A stretch of DNA of 64,000 nucleotides, from the NCBI GenBank assembly GCA_043228905.1, contig JBHGNT010000010.1, positions 22,272,657 to 22,336,656 of the forward strand, in the 5' to 3' direction. Below, piece after piece: positions 1-13,830 of the stretch (within the stretch, counting starts at the first letter, position 1; each line of letters begins with the position of its first letter). A model generated the notes under the pieces. The model made no database searches, was not told the DNA's origin, and was given only the letters and a program-made list of their open reading frames with translations. Both the position numbers and the translations under genes were made by a program. Source of the stretch: Azolla caroliniana. Taxonomy: Eukaryota; Plantae; Polypodiophyta.

Positions 1-589
1 GCATGAACAAAACTTACACTGAGCACTATGTTGGACTATTTGCCTTGTCATAATTATAGTAGCATGTGTTACTGTGAATGTATTGTAATAAGTATAGTAG
101 CACGTGTTATTGTGAAGGTATTATGCCATACTTCATTGTCAAATTTACTAGAACCAAGCAAGAGGGTTCCAAGTCTACAATGTTGCTTTCCTCAATTGAG
201 GCTATTAAGTAAGTACTCCACTCCATAAAGGGGTTAAAGAAATGATGAATTATACGAGAATTTGAGGTAATTCGTTTTCTTTATAAAGCATGTACATTCT
301 TCATAATACAAGTGTTTTCATTTACATGAATGGTTGCTTTGGCTCTAATTGATGTTCTTTGTTCTGAAGAATAATTGTACTTGCACAAGTTCACGCTGAT
401 TGATCGTAGAGGCAACACACTTGGATTCTTTATCTTTGGTACTCTATTGATAATGACCACTTTTACCATGGGAGAAACTTAAGGGTGCAAAACTAAATTG
501 GGAGCGAAGAATTACAGTCGAGATTTGGCGAGGTTGCTTACTTACCTAGGGCCAAGTTATGCACAGATTGACTTTATAGCATACAAGTA

Positions 590-709
590 AGCTCCAATGT
601 AAAAATGCAAGGTGTGATGTGTATGCGAGCACAATGGCTAGACTAGACTAGTATAGTATAGTAGTAGACACATATGCTAGGACATAGCTCCAATGTAAAA
701 ATGCAAGGT
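590..709 (+). repeat. 24-bp direct repeat AGCTCCAATGTAAAAATGCAAGGT
   Basis: Identical copies at 590-613 and 686-709. Confidence 0.8.
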
Positions 710-1748
710 AGTTGGTTCCATGGGCGGGACAACAATATAAATATATAAATATATATAAACAAACATATATGTATGTATGTATATAATATGAATAATGAGA
801 TAAAAGGAAACAAACAATAGAAGAAAGAACGCGAAATGTGTATGTATTATGTACTGTATCAGTATGTATGTATACATACATATGTATGTATATGTATGTA
901 TGTACATATTAGCCAAAAGAGAATATACACAACACTTTATTTATTTTCCCTCCTCTCGATTGCTCTGTCCGTCTGTCTGTCTGTCTCCAGCTGAAAGTAT
1001 GTCAGTTATTCAAAACTTCAGGCTCCCTTCCCTGTTTGGCAGCACCCTATCTTCTATACACTTCTTCTCAAAATATTTAGACTCAATTTTCACAACTGAG
1101 ATGGTAAGACCATTACATGTGCAAGTCTTGGGTTATGTTCTGATGCTTCTTTTCTTGTCTTCTTGTCTTCTTCTGTGACAATGAATGTTTAATGGATACC
1201 CGAGGGACAAAATCCTAATTTGCTTTGAACCATTATAATTTGAGTGTTCTGCAATTATAAGAATGTGATCACTACATATTGTGGCACTCGAAATTTCATC
1301 ACTTCCTATAATTACAGTGGTACACAATTTCCTGAAGTGTGACTGAAGCTCATTAAATTAAATGCCATATGATATGTTTGTGGGACTAGAAATTTCCTTA
1401 TTTCTCACTAATCCCGTTGTACAATCTCATCAAGTGTGATTAAAGTTCAGAGTGTGTATTTTACTTTACGGTCTTGACTTCGAGCTAAGTTTAATTGGTA
1501 TACATATAAACAAGCTCAACTATCTCTGGCTACCCTTTGGACGTATTATTACATGTAACAAGTAGCAAGTAGCATGTCGTATCACATTGATTAGTTTCAA
1601 TCTGACAAAGTGGAATATAAAACCTTAACAATTTCTTACCAAAAAGAGTCTACTGAAAACATAATGGTTAATGTAGGTATACATCTGTTTCCAAGACTCT
1701 ATTTGGGGGCTACGTAAGGATACAAATGTTCTGATTCCTCATTAAAGA

Positions 1749-4298
1749 ATGAGCTTTCGATTCCCACCTAGGAATTACTTTCAAATGTGGGATGGAAGTA
1801 ATTTTGGATTGGGTGAAGCTTCTACATTTACTGATATTAGAGAAGAAAATGAAGTGAGTCTATCACTTTATGCTCGATTTATGCTGTACTTATTTTGGCC
1901 TGCATTAGTGCTTATAACTTGTTTGAAACACAGAACAATGATAAGATTGATACAGGAGGAACCTCTAGATCTTCCGATCATGAACATACAAAGATAAGGA
2001 ACTCTTCTAAGGTGAAGTGGCATATTTTTGTCAGATTTTCATAATTATATTTTTCTGCTGGAGATTTTCAACCTTCGGTTCCATTGGTACAAAAGGTTCT
2101 TCGGCGACTTGCCCAAAACCGGGAAGCTGCCCGCAAAAGCCGGTTAAGGAAAAAAGTACTCTTTCTTTTAGGTTTATTTATTAATTCTCTCTTATGATGA
2201 TTTAAATGTTCACTACTTCTGGACGTTTTCTGACATAGAAAATAATGCAATCATAGGCCTACGTCCAGCAATTGGAAACAAGCCGTAGGAAGCTCAATCA
2301 GCTGGAACAAGAACTTCAGAACTTAAGGCAACAGGTAAAATTGCCCTCCATTTTCTAGGTTCTATGTTTTCACCTTTTGATATATGCTTACTTCCATCAA
2401 TGTACCACAGAGGATACTTCCAAGTGTCTCCTCGAGGGAAGGTCAGAGCCATCCAGGTATGTTGGTTTCGATTGCAAACATTAATAGTTTCTTTCTCACA
2501 TACCATTGCACAAAAACTTGCCTTTATGTTATCCGTGTCCACGGCCAATACCAATGAACTCTGGGCACTCCTGCAATTGTTTTCTTAAACAGGCATATTG
2601 TATGGCTAGCCATTGCTGACCATTATTAGGAATAAATCTCATTGTATATGGTTTTTAAGTGACAGGCCACTGTGTATAGGCATTCATATTGTGTGTCTGT
2701 TTACGTATGTGCACACAACAATGCTTCCACTAATTCATTCAGGCATGCATGCCATGTTTATATTATACATGTATGTCTATATCAGAGGCTGCTCTTTCTT
2801 CAATAGTTCAACCATTTTATAGATATTGTTGCCTTCAATATGGATTATACTCTCTGGGTTGAAGAGCAAAATCTGCATCTTTTCAAGCTCCGATCCGCCA
2901 TGGAAACTCACGCATCTTGTGTTGATCTACATGTTCTTGTGGAGAATGGTACATCTCTCTATGATGAGCTATTTCAACTCAAAAATAGGGCTGTGAAAGC
3001 CGATGTTTTCCACATTGTTTCTGGAATGTGGAAGACGCCAGCAGAACGCTGTTTGATGTGGATGGGTGGTTTCCGACCGTCTGATCTGCTTAAGGTATGC
3101 ACATCAATATCTTATCATGTGAGCATGCATGTGAGGTCATATGTAATCATGTGTTTGAAAAAATGTCCCTTGAGGGTAACCCTCCAAAACTTACCAGCCA
3201 AAAAGATCACTAGACTTCTGCATGCTACATAATACATATATCATCACAAAGATTTTTACGTATATGAGCATTTCTTACCTATATCCATAGATGATCTTAT
3301 TTGCTATGTTTACCCATAATATAGACTGACTATATTCCTATCTGATAAATATACCCATATTTATAAATATTATTGTCTGCTTTGTCTCTTAATTTTACCA
3401 AACCTTAATTATCTCAAGGTATTACTCTTGATTTCCTGTAAATCTTGTTGGCTGCATTTTTTTGATGCCCACATCATTTCTGTCTATTTCACCAAAATCG
3501 ACTTTGAATTACGATGAAGACAAAAGATGAGCAAAGGTTGATACACAAGTTCACTTTCTGCTGCATCTCAGGCTGTTGTGAATTCCTTACAATGCAGATT
3601 TTGATTCCCCAAGTCGAGCCACTTTCTGAGAATCAAGTGATAGCAATATTTAATCTACAGCAGTCTTCAGAGCAGGCTGAAGATGCACTATCTCAGGGGA
3701 TGGAAGCTTTGCAACAAAATTTATCCAATATCTTATGTACTAGCCTTCCGGCAACCTCCAATACCAATCACATGGAGCATATAGCTTTGGCAGTAGGGAA
3801 ACTTGGGACATTAGAGAACTTTGTGTGGCAGGTTGACACTCTTTAACTTTTGTTCAGTGTTCTAACATAGTTTAAATTAGCATGTCACATAAAATTTAGG
3901 CAGGAACACCAAAATACCCCAACTCGTTAGGTATTTACCAGAACACCCCTATGTTTTTCCAAACATTAGCAGAATAGCCTCTGCACTGTAAATTTTACTA
4001 TGCCATAGGTATATTTTGGCGATCTTTAAAAATGTTGGGGCATTTTGGTAGATGCACCACAAGTAAGGAGCGTTATGGCATTTTACCCTAGCAATATTTT
4101 AGGGGTATTGGTTTTATTTAATTGATTTATTTCTATCCACAGGCTGACAATCTCCGTCAACAGATGCTGCATCAACTCAATCGCATTCTTACAGTTCATC
4201 AAGCAGCTAGAAGCTTGCTTGCTATTGGAGATTACTTCTCTCGCCTTCGTGCTCTCAGCTCTCTCTGGGTAGCCCGACCCCATGAGAGTGAGATATGA
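1749..4298 (+). CDS. TGA: TGA-family bZIP transcription factor (bZIP + DOG1 domain)
   Basis: Exons ~1749-1853, 1934-2011, 2096-2155, 2257-2334, 2411-2456, 2823-3094, 3598-3831, 4143-4298, all GT-AG. They give VLRRLAQNREAARKSRLRKKAYVQQLE (TGA basic region), KADVFHIVSGMWKTPAERCLMWMGGFRPSDLLK and ADNLRQQ...RLRALSSLW. True start uncertain; a possible upstream exon lies at 991-1102. Confidence 0.92.
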
Positions 4299-4893
4299 AA
4301 GATTCACTCAATTCCGGAGCCATTGTATTAGAAGTGTATGACATAGCTTGGGGTCAATACAGCTTTTGGACAGCAAACCCCATCTGTCCTTTGCATAGAG
4401 TGTACTTACTTACAAGAGAGGAAGTGTAGATGTAACATTATTATCATTTGTACCAGAGACTTACACATTCCTGTACTCGGTTTAAAAGAACTTTACTTAA
4501 GTTTAACGATTTGCTGTGGTTCCCACACATGTATGTACAGAATACTTTTGTGGCATGATCTCATGTACAATGGAGGAATTTACTTTAGTTTAAAACATAG
4601 ATCAGGACTTTTATCCCCCCTGCCCCTATTGCCAGACATAGAAATTAAACTGTGCTCTGCCATTAAGAGAGAAGATAAAGTTAACCACTGAATCAAGTAT
4701 CAGAACATTCTTATTTCTTGAGATTCCCTATCCATTCATTTACATCAGATTATGATAGTTGTTACGGAGACACTTGCACATACATACATTCACTGGACAT
4801 ACGTACTTCAGGCTGTGATAATGTACTGATGTACTTGTTCATATTTCAGACTATCATGTCATATGCTAAACTGCCGTTAGTTGCACATATCGT

Positions 4894-4935
<42 letters not shown>

Positions 4936-5864
4936 GTACTAAAATACTTGCACACACTATCATATCACATGCAAAACTACCTTTCATCATTCCATTTAAA
5001 CCTTCTTGATTCTGTTACACATACTTCACACTGTCATATTACACGAAAATCCACATCGCATCTTGTATGAACCTCTATTGATTATGTGAATGCATCTATT
5101 TCAAACTGTCACTATACTATTCAATCAAAAGCATTGTTAACTATGTATGCCACACGCCAATCAGAATAATATAGTGTTATAAATGAATAGCTTGATCTTT
5201 GCACATCATAAAAATCAGGATTGATTATGCAAATGTGTCAATTTCATCCTTCTCCCTCATCATCAAAAACCATTAGCCATATCTCACATGAAAACAGAAC
5301 ATACACGCACATCACCTATAATTATTATTCAAAACACACAAATTTTGGGATTCCTGAGCAAAGGCTGCATACGAATGAAATGAAGATCGCTGAAAGTTAG
5401 CTTTGAGAAATGAATTTCTGACCTTCGATACAACTCACGCGAAAAAGAAAAAGAGAATGTCTCTGTTTCTCGTTTTCCGAACTTTGACAAAAAGAAAACA
5501 GAGAAAAGAAATAGAAGAGGCGGAATTGAGTGTGAAGAAGATGTGGGTGGCTCTTGATCCCTCGGTTTCTACAATAAACAAAGAGTAGGCTTCCGGATTT
5601 ATCTACATCTCTACAAACAAATCAACCATTTCTCTTTTCTTTTCTTTTCTTTTATTTTCTGTCTGTATGTCTTCATTTGATGGAGCGCGTGTTGACATGA
5701 AAGCCCCCAATTGGATGGATCCCATCGATTGCTCTTATGTTACCACTACAAAATTGCAAAGTCATAGACGTTGAAGTTTTTTTCAGAGTTTTAAGGAGGA
5801 AAGCAAGCACTTTGACCTTATCACATGCCATTCATTAGTAATAGTTAGTGGGGACACACACACA

Positions 5865-5911
<47 letters not shown>

Positions 5912-6767
5912 TACATATGTACAAAGAAAGGGCTGGCAATGCTTCCACATTGTCGTCGACACATCTTTCTTTTCCTTTTCTTCCTTCTTTTATTCGTATG
6001 CATGTACGGCAGAATGAGTTTCAACCTGTGATAGTGGCGCATGCATGGCCTTACAGAGTGTAATGAGCATATATATATGCACTCTACTCGATAAAATCAA
6101 CAAGATATGACTTTCCAATTCAAACCGACGAGATGAGAAGAGGTTTTCTTTTCATTCTTGCTTGCCACTTCTCTTTAGTACTGATAGGCTGAGCATTAGC
6201 CCATAAGTTGGAAAATCATGTCATAGACTAGGGGTTGTTCATAAATATGTAAAGGAATAATAGTGGATATCCATGAAACAATGGATCAAGCTATGGTGTC
6301 GAGTGTCTGTCGCTAAGTACCCCACCTTATATACCCTTTAGTCTCAGTATTAGTCCAAAGAAGGCTTAGACACACACGACCATAAGTTTAAGACTATGTG
6401 TTAAGAAATCCCGAAAGGAAATGGGGCATTTGATTATATGCATGACGCACACACGATCTCGAGATTGCAAGTTAACTTCATGCATCAGGGTTTGTTGAAA
6501 TTCGTCTCTTTCTTTCCATTCAAACATATGCAAACTTTGTGAATGCGATGTGTCACTGATCGATAAATTAATATCAATGGCACAAAAGCCACATATGTCT
6601 TCATAAATCATGTGTACTTTTATATATATATACTACATGTGCTTACATTGCTGGGAGGGGGATATTAATATACATATGTATACATATGTAGTCCACGCAC
6701 GTCACATGTACAAGCAAAGGTCCGGTCTGTCGATCGAATTGGGTGGGGATCATGAAAACACACAAAG

Positions 6768-6799
<32 letters not shown>

Positions 6800-7013
6800 A
6801 CACACACACACACACATATATGTACTTATATGTATGTATAGATGTGTATATACATACATATTTTAACATATAATGCGTGATGCACTCCACACATAACTCC
6901 TCAACATGACTTGGGATCCATCTGCATCTCCATCATCATCTCCATACGAATAAAATACATACATCTGGTGGATGGGCTTTTTATTTTTATTTTTGTGAAT
7001 AGGCCTGAGAATT

Positions 7014-7065
<52 letters not shown>

Positions 7066-7444
7066 TATTGTATTGTATTATATTGTTACTGTTCCTTTGA
7101 GAATGGGGGTGGTGGTAGTGTGTGTGTTTTAAGGGAATCTTCTTACTTATGTACATACTTAGTTACTGCTAATAAGTCAAACTTTGTGGTGGTGTCCACC
7201 TACAACACTCTCTGCTCCTTCTTACTTAGTACCTACTATTTATGTGTGCATGATCGATCGACCCACTCTGTTTCATTGCCCCCCCCCCCCTGGCTATGGT
7301 AGTCTTTCTTCATTCTTCTTAATAAGACCACACCTTGTGCACAATCTAGTTGATGGGCTGCTTCAATCTCCCTCATTTCCTTAGATCCCGTTGTTAATTC
7401 GATCCTTTTACAGTTTTGTGTCTTCTAGGGTTCAGCCATCCAAA

Positions 7445-10400
7445 ATGAGAGAGAAAGAAGGAAAGCTTGCTTCTTCAGATCAGAAGATGTCCAAGATGCT
7501 CCCCCAAGCTCTGGTTGCGTTCACTATGTGCTCGCTTTTCTTCTATCTTGGGAGTATCTTCTGCTCTGACAAGGATCTTGGATCTGGGAATATAGAATCT
7601 AGGGCTGCTGAATCTAATCTAGATTCCAGCTGCAGACCTCATATAAAAGCAATGGAGTTCAAACCATGCAACATTTCTCTTCAGGACTACACACCTTGTA
7701 CAGATCCTGCTGTAAGGCCTCCTAACCTCATCACCTCTTTTGCAATTCTCTATGTAATAGTGATTTCTAAGACATGCATTGCAATTCCCCAATGTGCTTC
7801 TAATACAACAAGATCATGAGGTGAGGCCCCTATTATATCATCAGATATTTTGTTATTTCTCTGATGTGTACTTGGCAAACCCTGACGAACTTGTAATACA
7901 ACGAGATCATGGGGTAACACCCCCAACATCATAAGTTCTTGGGTAGTTTCCATGATTATATGGTACATATAATATTAGCCGTAATGGACATATAGTGCAA
8001 AGGGTCATGGGGTAGGGTCCTTCATTCAATCAATTTCATAAGTTCTTTGATAAGCTACATGCAAACCCTTAATAAGATTATGAGATAATATCCTTAATCT
8101 CATCCAATCGTTTACAGTTTCAAACCTTAATGCAGTTTTCGTGGTACAGAACTCACGCAAATGCAATGAAATCATGGCCAAGAACCCTAATCTCATTAGA
8201 TCGTTTATAAAAATGTGGATCGATGATTTCTAATGCAATTTGAAACCCTGACGGGCTTATGTTGCAATGAGATCATAGGGATGGAACCGTAATCTCATCA
8301 AATCTTTTAAAAGTTCTATTAATAGATTCTTTCTAGGTTACATTGTGATCTTGGGTGAGCTTATAATGCAATGCAATCACGGATAAGAACCCTAATGTCA
8401 TCAGATATTTTTATAAGTTCCATGAATATATGATTTCTAGACTATACCTTACAAACCCTAATGGGCATACAGTGCAACGAGATGATGGTGTAAAGCCATT
8501 AATCTTGTCAGATGTTTAATAAGTTCCATGAATATATGCTTGCTACTGCTAGGGTATATTTTGTAATCCCTCATGTGCTAATAATGCATTATTAATCCAG
8601 AGATGGGGCAAATACGATCGGAATCGGATGGCATTTCGAGAGCGCCATTGCCCTCCTCCAACTGAGAGAATGGATTGCTTAGTTCCTCCACCCACGGGCT
8701 ACAAAGTCCCTGTCCGTTGGCCTCGTAGTAGGGATGAATGCTGGTACAGGTGAGATATTTTTGCCCTAACTTATATACGTATAGATCATGTCTCACTATA
8801 CGTCAAAAAAATCATTAAAGACAGAGATATGCTCACCTTGGAATTCGGATAGCAATGAATTGGATATAGACCGAAGGTTATGCTTTAAAGGAGTCAGTAT
8901 GGCCAGAATAAGGATACCTATGCTCTGGGCCTTGATCTGGTTTATATATTGAGGCTTATGGTAATCAACCCTAGATCTATGCCCAGACCTCGTCTATCTA
9001 GATTGTGACCATTCAAATGGTCATCCATGAACAATATAAACCCCACTAATCACATGTATGCTTGTAGGCTCATATTGTTCATGGATGGCCATTTGAGTGG
9101 TCACAATCTGGATAGACGAGGTCTGGACATAGATCTAGGGCTAATTACCATTAAACCTGAATTTATAAACCAGATCTATGCCCAGAGCATGAGTATCCGT
9201 ATTCTGGCTATCCTAAGGCATAACCTTATGTCTGTATCCAATTCATTGCTATCCGAATTCCATGGTCAGCATATCTGTCTTTAATGATTTCGTTGCCATG
9301 ACTATATATATTCTTATACCTGTCTATCTATCTATATTGCTTCAATTAACCATAGATAGATAGGTTTAACTATCATAATGTTCCAATTAACCGTAGGTCC
9401 ATCATGTTCACAACAATTGTCAATCGTAGGTATCCAGAATGGTGATTTTGGGGTAATGAGTAACATAATTTTACATTAGGGTTAGAGGTATGCTCTGTCT
9501 GGACATTTCTGATCTGGACGTAGATCTAGGGTGTAACAGATTTATAGAGGAATATCTACTTTGTTTTGATCCAGTATCTATGCCAATATCATACCTATCA
9601 TATGGTCGTCCAAATGTCCAAATGTCGCTTTGTGAGCTAACGAGCCTATCGCTGACCTTAGTGACTTCTTTAATGTATAACTATGCGTATACTCCTAAAG
9701 AGGGCTAATGAACATCATTCAATAATATTGTTCGGTTTTGATATGGTGTAACCCAACAAAGGACATAAATTTGAAGCAAAAGCAGAGGAAAACTTAATTC
9801 ATGGGTTGGAATCTGTGAACTTTAATGTAGTCCTGCTCTGTCTGGACATTTCTGATCTGGACGTAGATCTAGGGTGTAACAGATTTATAGAGGAATATCT
9901 ACTTTGTTTTGATCCAGTATCTATGCCAATATCATACCTATCATATGGTCGTCCAAATGTCCAAATGTCGCTTTGTGAGCTAACGAGCCTATCGCTGACC
10001 TTAGTGACTTCTTTAATGTATAACTATGCGTATACTCCTAAAGAGGGCTAATGAACATCATTCAATAATATTGTTCGGTTTTGATATGGTGTAACCCAAC
10101 AAAGGACATAAATTTGAAGCAAAAGCAGAGGAAAACTTAATTCATGGGTTGGAATCTGTGAACTTTAATGTAGTCCTGCTTGTGGCGGTTTGCAGGAATG
10201 TGCCTTATGATTGGATTACCGATATCAAGGCAAACCAAAGATGGATGCAGAAGGAAGGAGAGAAGTTCCTCTTTCCTGGTGGAGGCACAATGTTTCCTAG
10301 GGGTGTGGGTGAATATCTGAACCATATGGAAGAGCTCATTCCTGGAATGAAAGATGGAACTGTTCGGACTGCACTTGACACAGGCTGTGGGGTAAGTTCC

Positions 10401-12868
10401 TTATCTCTTAACAGACAAAAGCAGCCATTTCTACTGGTTCAATGCTGAAAATTTAGGTTGGTTTTTAGGTGGCCAGCTGGGGGGGATATCTCTTGGATCG
10501 AGGGATATTGACCATGTCTCTGGCTCCTCGAGATAATCACGAAGCCCAAGTGCAGTTTGCTCTCGAAAGAGGAATACCTGCCATGTTGGGTGTGATTTCT
10601 ACTCAACGATTACCTTACCCAGCTAATGCTTTTGATATGATTCATTGTTCTCGATGTCTAATTCCTTGGACCGACCATGGTGAGTTGCGTGTATAGCATG
10701 TAGTCTAACCCTGAATTACTCATTTTCTGAATTCCCATGTTGCAATCTTATATGCATTTTTTAAACTGCATACGTAGTTACAAATACTTATGGAGTTTGG
10801 GAAAAAGCGAGGGAGAATTAATAGTATTCTTTTTGTTTCTAAATAAACGTGTAGGTGGGGTTAATCTACTTGAAATAGACAGAGTTCTTCGTCCTGGAGG
10901 TTTTTGGGTGCTATCAGGCCCCCCAATCAATTATGAGGCTCATTGGAGAGGCTGGGATACTACAGAGGAAAAGGAGCGAGCCAATCTTAATAAGCTTCAA
11001 GACCTCCTTCAGCGGATGTGCTATACCCAATATGATATGAAAGGTGAAATTGCAGTCTGGCAAAAGCCTGTGGATGGTAGCTGCTATGATAACCGTGAAG
11101 AGGATACTGTTCCACCATTCTGTGATGATAGCATTAATCCAGATGCATCATGGTAATTGACGATAAGTTTAGTACTATTAGGCCATTCAGAAAAGGTTTA
11201 ACTTTTCCTTAATCACAAATTTCGGGAACCGAGGATGGAGGTGAGTTGTACTCCTAACCCATGGCTTACAGGGGAAGGGTGTGAACAAGGGCGAAGCCCC
11301 CAGAGAGGACTTTATTTCAGCAAACTGTTCCTTTGCCACTTTGTTTCAGTCCATTGATAGTTATTTTGGGACAATTTGCATTCTGTCGGATTACTCACTG
11401 GTCTCCTTTGTTTAATGATGCTTGTTATCAGGTATGTACCGATCCGACCCTGCATTGTGAAAACGAACTCAGCATTTCAACGACTTGGAGTCGGCCAGAC
11501 ACCGAAGTGGCCAGCGCGTTTGGAGGAAGTTCCTGAAAGAGTAAAGTCATTTTCGGGAGGCAGTGAGAATGATTTCAAAAAAGATACAAGAGTATGGAAA
11601 GATATTGTGAAATATTATAAGACTCTCCTACCAGATCTAGGGACCAACAAGATAAGGAATGTGATGGATATGAATACCAAGTATGGTGGGTTTGCATCTG
11701 CATTGATTCAGGATCCTGTTTGGGTGATGAATGTTGTATCATCATATGCAGCCAATTCTCTTGGTGTCATTTATGATCGTGGATTAATCGGGACCATGAA
11801 TGACTGGTTAGTTTTCTAATTGATTAATTTTCTTGTTTATTTTCTTTCTGGAATTAACCTATGGCTCAAATGGCAAGGCCGATTCACCAAGCCAACTTTC
11901 TCTTGTATTTGGAAATATCTTTAAAAGTGTCTGAGTTTCAGATTGTGGTATCTCTGACCTTTCCACTCCCTATTTTCAGGTGTGAAGCATTTTCCACCTA
12001 CCCGAGGACTTACGATCTGCTTCACCTAGATGGACTTTTCACTGCTGAGAGTCACAGGTCCTCTTGATGTAACCCATTGGATTAAAGCTAAGATTTTGCA
12101 TTTCTCATGTGGTAACCGGATGAAAGCCCTATATATTGCCGTTTCGTATATGCTTATCCATTGAAAGCTGAAATGCTGTGTTTTCTATATGCTGACAGTC
12201 CATTTGATGAAAGCCGAAACTTTGCATTTTCTAATATGCTAACCAAAAGTCTATTTGATGAAAGCTGATAATTAGCATTTTCTAATATAACCAAAAGTCC
12301 AATGGATGTTTTTTAACTTTATATGCTCATAGCTAACTGAATCCATTGAATCAGAAGTAGAAATTTTCTGTTTCTAATATTCTAACCAAAAGCTGAAATA
12401 TGGTAATGGTAACTTACTGGATGAAAGCTGAAATATGATAACTGTATGTCATCGGATGAAGGACGAATAATATGCTAACAAAAACTCCATTAGAAGAATC
12501 ACATTTTTAAATATGCTAATGAAGAGTCTGTAGAATGAAAACTGAAAATTTGCTATACTAATACGTTATTAATTTTTTTCAGTCTTGTGAACATACAATT
12601 GAATTGGGTTTTTCCTGCCTATTTATCTAAGTCTTTTTTTGGAAACAGATGTGAAATGAAATATGTGCTCCTCGAGATGGACCGTATCTTGAGGCCAGCA
12701 GGACATGTTATCATGCGAGATGCACCGAACTTTATTGAAGATGTATCAGCGCTTGGAAAGGCAATCAGATGGAAATGCAAGCAGTACCCAACTGAGAAAG
12801 CAGCAAATGGTGACAAGGAGCAGATTCTGATATGTCAGAAAACATTTTGGCATCTATCAGAAGACTAA
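7445..12868 (+). CDS. Probable SAM-dependent methyltransferase, PMT20/PMT21 (ERD3-like) clade, Methyltransf_29 family
   Basis: Exons 7445-7711, 8601-8749, 10196-10391, 10469-10679, 10855-11152, 11432-11806, 11980-12057, 12649-12868. N-terminal TM anchor. Motifs [87 protein letters not shown]. Confidence 0.95.
7700..8545 (+). repeat. Degenerate ~95-105-bp tandem array filling PMT intron 1
   Basis: Recurring blocks such as aaacccT-A...caaCgagatcatgg...aaccctaatctcatcaga...aagttccatga, about 8 units. Confidence 0.7.
8801..9300. mobile_element. Fold-back/MITE-like element (long inverted repeat) in PMT intron 2
   Basis: 8808-9042 is the reverse complement of ~9068-9290 (aaatcattaaagacag...tatgctcacc vs ggtcagcata...ctgtctttaatgattt) around a ~25-nt loop. 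ACTATA occurs at 8795-8800 and 9301-9306, a candidate target-site duplication. Confidence 0.75.
9491..10180 (+). repeat. Exact 343-bp tandem duplication in PMT intron 2
   Basis: 9491-9833 equals 9834-10176, with TGCT microhomology at the junctions. The ORF track shows the same peptide twice and two [11 protein letters not shown] starts 343 nt apart (9806, 10149). Confidence 0.92.
12070..12570 (+). repeat. Degenerate ~45-55-bp minisatellite in the last PMT intron
   Basis: Repeated gatgaaagc(t/c)gaaa...gcattttcta.tatgctaaccaaaagtc core. Confidence 0.7.
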
Positions 12869-13420
12869 TTTTGATAGAAGTTAAAAGAACCATTTTGTAT
12901 TGGTCCTAAACAATTGGCTCTATTTATTTCTCTAATAGTTGGTGATTTATGTACAAAATCCTGCAAGGAGCAGCTTGTCCCTTATTCTTCTATTTATTTA
13001 TTATTATTATTAACCCATGGATTTTGATACATGGCATGCACTTGTTTGTGCATATGAAAGTGGATCATGTTGACTGCAGAATGAGATTCAATACAAATCT
13101 AATGGACAACGAATTTCGTATTGACTTAAAATCAAGAAAGAATTCATTGCTTCTTTATTCTAGAAGATTTTCTCTAGATAATGTTGTTTTCTTAAAGTAG
13201 TTTTTCTTCGATATTCTCACTAGAGTATAGAAGTCTTTTAAAGTGAAATAGTATATCCTTAAGAGTTTGTAGTTTTGTTAAGAAGTGATATTGGATAGCC
13301 TTCCAACATCAATCTTACATTTATTCAATAGTAATGGAGATAATAATTTCTACTCTCATTTTCATCTTAATTCATTTTTAATCAAGCATAATTTGTATTA
13401 TGTACCTCAATGTGCAGTGA

Positions 13421-13830
13421 TTGATCTTATTATTCTGAGAAATACCTAGTAGAGAGAACATGTTTCGTTTAACATTGTTCAAGTATATAGTGAGACAATT
13501 ATTATTGTGGTTGATCTTATTATTCCTAGAAATACCTAGTAGAGAGAACATGTTTCATTTAACATTGTTCTAGTATATAGTGAGACAATTATTATTGTGG
13601 CTGTGCAATTAATTTGATGAGTTTCAAGAAACATCCCTAGTAGAGACAACCTTTTAACATTGTTCAAGTATATAGTGAGACAATTATTATTGTGGATGTG
13701 CAATTAATTTGACAAGTTTCAAGAAATATCCCTAGTAGAGACAATAGGTTTCTTTCAAACTTGATACATGTATAAGTGAGTCAATTATTGGTTGTGTGAG
13801 CAATTTATTTGTTTAGTATATAGTGAAACA
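13421..13830 (+). repeat. ~90-100-bp tandem repeat, about 4 copies, intergenic
   Basis: cctagtagaga...taacattgttcaagtatatagtgagacaattattattgtgg recurs at ~13445, 13535, 13636 and 13731. Confidence 0.85.

Noticed and set aside
13421-13830. Repeat array as a CRISPR-like locus
   Set aside because: The units are contiguous ~90-100-bp tandem copies without unique spacers, there are no cas genes, and the context is eukaryotic.
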